Positions 60,377 through 64,000 of a stretch of DNA of 64,000 nt are shown here, piece by piece. This DNA is from Acidobacteriota bacterium (lineage in GTDB: Bacteria > Acidobacteriota > UBA890 > WLXD01). Location of the stretch: NCBI GenBank assembly GCA_965205505.1, contig CBDBHB010000006.1:448001-512000 (forward strand). The letters run 5' to 3'. How positions within the stretch are numbered: the first letter of the stretch is position 1; every line of letters starts with the position of its first letter. The notes beneath the pieces were generated by a model that was given only the letters and a program-made list of their open reading frames with translations, did not search any database and had not been told where the DNA came from. Both the position numbers and the translations under genes were made by a program.

Positions 60377-61365
60377 GCGAGTTGAGGAAGCACTTTCCGG
60401 TGCGACGCGGGCTTCTCAGGCGGCAGGTCGGCGCCATCCGCGCAGTAGACGGGGTGAGCTTCGACATCTACCCGGGAGAGACGCTCGGTCTGGTGGGTGA
60501 GAGCGGATCGGGCAAGACGACCACCGGTCGCACCGTGCTTCAGCTCGACCAACCGACTTCCGGCCGCGTCGTTTTCGAAGGTCACGAGCTCACCGGCATG
60601 CAGCCCGATGCGCTGCGCCGCACTCGTCGGCACATGCAGATGATCTTCCAGGATCCGTTCGCCTCGCTGAACCCACGCTGGCGCGTCGGCGAGACGATCG
60701 GCGAGCCACTCGACATCCACGACATCGGCAGCAAGCAGAGCGGCGCCGATCGCGTCAGCGCGCTGCTCGAGCTCGTCGGCCTCAACGAGAGCTTCGCCGG
60801 CCGCTATCCGCACGAGCTCTCGGGGGGACAGCGACAACGGGTCGGCATTGCCCGCGCCCTGGCCACCAGCCCCCGGTTCATCGTCGCCGACGAGCCTATT
60901 TCCGCACTGGACGTGTCGATCCAGGCTCAGATCGTCAACCTGCTGAGCGATCTGAAGGATGATCTGGGGCTCACCTATCTTTTCATCGCCCACGACCTGT
61001 CGATGGTGCGTCATCTCAGCGATCGGATCGCGGTAATGTACCTTGGCCGCATCGTCGAGCTCGGCGAGCGCGACGACGTTTTCGAGCGCCCGCTGCATCC
61101 CTATACTCAAGCGCTGATCGCGGCCATTCCACGACCAGATCCCGACGCCGCGACGAACCGCCATCAATCGCGACTGGAAGGCGAGGTTCCGAGCCCGATG
61201 CGCCCACCGCACGGCTGTCGATTCCACACTCGCTGTCCGCACGCCACGGACATTTGCTCGCAGCAGGATCCGGAGTACCGCGACCTTGGCGCAGCTCAGG
61301 GGGGCGATCCTCACTGGGTCTCCTGCCATCACGCTGAACAGATCGGAGCTGGGGACAGGCCGTGA
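60343..61365 (+). CDS. Peptide ABC ATPase (OppF/DppF); start uncertain
   Basis: [27 protein letters not shown] and GCRFHTRCP..C..CH. Confidence 0.88.
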   Translation: MDRGPIPLCQVSELRKHFPVRRGLLRRQVGAIRAVDGVSFDIYPGETLGLVGESGSGKTTTGRTVLQLDQPTSGRVVFEGHELTGMQPDALRRTRRHMQMIFQDPFASLNPRWRVGETIGEPLDIHDIGSKQSGADRVSALLELVGLNESFAGRYPHELSGGQRQRVGIARALATSPRFIVADEPISALDVSIQAQIVNLLSDLKDDLGLTYLFIAHDLSMVRHLSDRIAVMYLGRIVELGERDDVFERPLHPYTQALIAAIPRPDPDAATNRHQSRLEGEVPSPMRPPHGCRFHTRCPHATDICSQQDPEYRDLGAAQGGDPHWVSCHHAEQIGAGDRP

Positions 61366-62534
61366 CCACCAAGATGCTGCGCGTCGCCGTCGTCGGCGCC
61401 GGTCGCTGCGCGAGGTCGGCTCACCTGCCGGGGTTCATGCGCTCACCGCTGTGCAACCTGGTGGCGATCTGCGACCTCGACAGCGACCTGGCGACGGCGC
61501 GGGCTACGGAGTTCGACATCCCCGACATCTACACCGACTACCGGCAGATCCTGCAGCGGGACGACATCGACGTGGTCGACATAGTGACCCGTGGCGATCA
61601 CGAGGCGCTGGTGTTCGACACGCTGCATGCCGGCAAGCACTGTCTGGTGGAGAAGCTGGTTTGCCACGACTATCGCGACGTCTGGCGGGCGCATGAGCTC
61701 GCCGAGGCGAAGGGCCTGAAGACCAAGGTCGGCCTGACGTTCCGTTACGCGCCGGCGGTCATGTACATGTTCGACTTGATCCGCGAGGGCTTCATCGGGC
61801 GCCCGTTCGTGTTCAACGGGTACGAGCAGAACTCGCAGTGGCTCGATCCCGACAACCCGATCGACAAGCGCATCCACAAGACGAAGCCGCCTGACGAGCC
61901 TGATCGGGGGACAGACCTCACGCGTGAGGGCATCACGGTGTCCTCTCTCGAAGGCTATGGGGCACCGACGATCGATATCGGCCTAGCATGCATCGACAGC
62001 GACCTGACGCAGGTGGTGGGGATCCTGGCCAACATGGTGCCCGAGCGGCGTCGAACCAACCTCGATAGCGAGCGCGAGCGCATCAACATCGACGACGCCG
62101 ACATGTTCATGGGCGAGGCCGCCAACGGCGCGCTGTTCTCGATGCAGTCGAGCTACGTGACGGTCGGCAACTACCCTGGTATCGAAGCGCGGCTATTCGG
62201 CTCGGAGGGCGCCGTTCAGGTACGGCTCGTGGAGGAGTTCGGCGTCATCCAGACCATCCACACCGCCAAGCCCGACGCCGTCGAGTTCGTGCAACAGGAC
62301 ATCCCCAGTCGCTACTTCCCGCCGGGATATCAGGACGGCGACGACTGGAGCGCAGCGTTCTACGGCAACCTGGTACACGACTTCTGCTGCGAGATCATCG
62401 CCGATGGCCCGGTCAACCAGGGCAACTTCGCGCAGAGCGCCCGCGTGCAGGAGATTATCAACGCGGTGACGCTTTCGCATCGCCAGCGTCGGTGGGTGAG
62501 CCTGCCGCTCCGGGACGAGGTTGATGCGCAATAG
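61362..62534 (+). CDS. Gfo/Idh/MocA oxidoreductase
   Basis: VAVVGAG and GKHCLVEK motifs. Confidence 0.85.
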   Translation: MTTKMLRVAVVGAGRCARSAHLPGFMRSPLCNLVAICDLDSDLATARATEFDIPDIYTDYRQILQRDDIDVVDIVTRGDHEALVFDTLHAGKHCLVEKLVCHDYRDVWRAHELAEAKGLKTKVGLTFRYAPAVMYMFDLIREGFIGRPFVFNGYEQNSQWLDPDNPIDKRIHKTKPPDEPDRGTDLTREGITVSSLEGYGAPTIDIGLACIDSDLTQVVGILANMVPERRRTNLDSERERINIDDADMFMGEAANGALFSMQSSYVTVGNYPGIEARLFGSEGAVQVRLVEEFGVIQTIHTAKPDAVEFVQQDIPSRYFPPGYQDGDDWSAAFYGNLVHDFCCEIIADGPVNQGNFAQSARVQEIINAVTLSHRQRRWVSLPLRDEVDAQ

Positions 62535-62580
62535 TGAGGCACCCTGTAACCGGACCCCGAAACAGCGACGGGAGCCATCG

Positions 62581-63429
62581 ATGGTCAACTACGACTTCAC
62601 CGGCAAGATAGCGGTGGTGACGGGCGCCGCGCGCGGCGTTGGTCGCGAGATCGTCGCCGCATTCGCGAGGACGGGCGCCCGCGTCGTCGCCGCGGACCGT
62701 GATGTTGCTGGCCTGGCCGAGACAGAACGCGTTGTGGGGCCAGGGGTCGCAACAGTAGTCGCAGATATCAGCGACGTCGATGGTGCGGCGAGCATCATCG
62801 AGGCCGCCGTCGAGCGCTTTGGTCGCCTGGATATCTGTGTCAACGACGCGGCGGTTGTTCCTCATGCGAGTCTGCTCGAAGAGCGCGTCGAAGTGTGGGA
62901 CCGGGTGTACGCGGTCAACTGTCGGGGGACGTTCCTCATGACACAGGCGGCAGCGCGTGTGCTCATCGAGCAAGGGGCTGGGGGTCGCATCATCAACTTC
63001 TCCTCGGGGGTGAGCCGACGCGGCTCGGCCGGCGCTGCAGCGTACGCGTCCAGTCGCGCGGCGACGGAGAGCTTCTCGCGCGTGGCCGCCATCGAGCTGG
63101 CGCCCCACGGCATCCTCGTGAACACGGTCAGCCCAGGGCTCATCGATACGCAGCGCAAGCCGTTACCCGCGCGGATGGCCGAGCGGCTGGCGGCCCGGAT
63201 TCCGACGCTGCCGCTTTCACGGTCCGGCACGCCAGCGGAGGTCGCGGCTCTGGTCCTGTGGCTGGCGTCTGACGCATCCAGCTACGTGACGGGTGCCGTG
63301 TACACGGTCGATGGCGGCGCCGGCGTAGGGACGCGACCGACGGGGCCCATTATCGACGACGACCCTCGCTACGATTGGGTGACTGGGCGGGGCGGCGAGG
63401 TCGACACGGAACCGGGAGGCAGCCTGTGA
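62581..63429 (+). CDS. SDR oxidoreductase
   Basis: TGAARGVG, YASSR (K-to-R variant), VNTVSPG and VDGG motifs. Confidence 0.88.
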   Translation: MVNYDFTGKIAVVTGAARGVGREIVAAFARTGARVVAADRDVAGLAETERVVGPGVATVVADISDVDGAASIIEAAVERFGRLDICVNDAAVVPHASLLEERVEVWDRVYAVNCRGTFLMTQAAARVLIEQGAGGRIINFSSGVSRRGSAGAAAYASSRAATESFSRVAAIELAPHGILVNTVSPGLIDTQRKPLPARMAERLAARIPTLPLSRSGTPAEVAALVLWLASDASSYVTGAVYTVDGGAGVGTRPTGPIIDDDPRYDWVTGRGGEVDTEPGGSL

Positions 63430-64000
63430 GCGACCGAAAGCTGCGTTGGGGCGTGATCAGCACGGCGAACATCGGCCGCGCGGCCGTGAACCCGGCGATC
63501 CAGGCATCCGATAACGGCGAGCTGGTGGCGGTTGCGAGCCGCATAGCGGCGGCGGCGAAGGCGTTCGCCCAAGCCTCCAGCATCCCACGATGGTACGGCA
63601 GCTACGAGGCCCTGTTGGTGCAGGAAGACATCGATGCCGTCTACATTCCGCTGCCCAACAGCATGCATCGAAAGTGGACGATTCGTGCTGCAGAGCACGG
63701 TAAGCACGTGCTCTGCGAGAAGCCGCTGGCCCTCACCGCGAAGGAGTGCGCCGAGATGCAGGAGGCTGCGGACGCCAGCGGTGTGAAGCTGATGGAGGCG
63801 TTCATGTATCGATTCCACCCGCGTACCGCCAAGGTCGTGGAGCTGGTGCGGGGGGGCGCCATCGGCGAGCCGCACATGATCCGCAGCGCCTTTACGTTTC
63901 GCCTCACCAAGCCGGACAACATCCGCCTGCAGCCGGAGCTTGGCGGCGGCGCGCTGATGGACGTTGGCTGCTACTGCGTCAACGTCAGCCGAACGGTCGC
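63426..64000 (+). CDS. Gfo/Idh/MocA oxidoreductase, partial (runs off the window)
   Basis: Own translation: LRWGVISTANIG..VYIPLPNSMH..GKHVLCEKP..MEAFMYRFHP..GGGALMDVGCY. Confidence 0.9.
   Translation, partial: MSDRKLRWGVISTANIGRAAVNPAIQASDNGELVAVASRIAAAAKAFAQASSIPRWYGSYEALLVQEDIDAVYIPLPNSMHRKWTIRAAEHGKHVLCEKPLALTAKECAEMQEAADASGVKLMEAFMYRFHPRTAKVVELVRGGAIGEPHMIRSAFTFRLTKPDNIRLQPELGGGALMDVGCYCVNVSRTV

Overview
GC-rich bacterial chromosomal window; the gene content (wHTH-TolB-like regulator, DUF885, DUF5916, long MlaD) suggests an Acidobacteriota-like diderm, which is inference only. From left to right it holds: (1) a surface-glycan/acylation region (DegT aminotransferase, GT2, LbH acyltransferase, luxC/luxE-like fatty-acid reductase, acyl-AMP ligase, ACP, SDR, flippase-like proteins, rmlCD); (2) mlaEFD, alr and dnaB; (3) a carbamoyltransferase/SxtJ/DUF5989 trio; (4) the tRNA-Gln-prs-rplY-pth-hppA-rpsF-rpsR-rplI block; (5) glyA, transaldolase, acyl-CoA carboxylase, holB, pdxA, smpB, folK and a deoxynucleoside kinase; (6) a peptide ABC importer/oxidoreductase cluster. 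The most unusual stretch is the pdxA-smpB intergenic region. It holds two homologous ~140-nt hairpin elements with a conserved, covarying core but unrelated perfect outer stems, each at the 3' end of a convergent gene, flanking a third structured RNA-like segment. Also notable are a CTAG-bounded MITE and matching end remnants at the junctions of inserted genes, many lesions confined to accessory genes, a ribosomal protein S6 with a 39-bp tandem-repeat acidic tail, and empty ispE/ispD positions. All calls come from reading the sequence by eye; no searches or folding programs were run.
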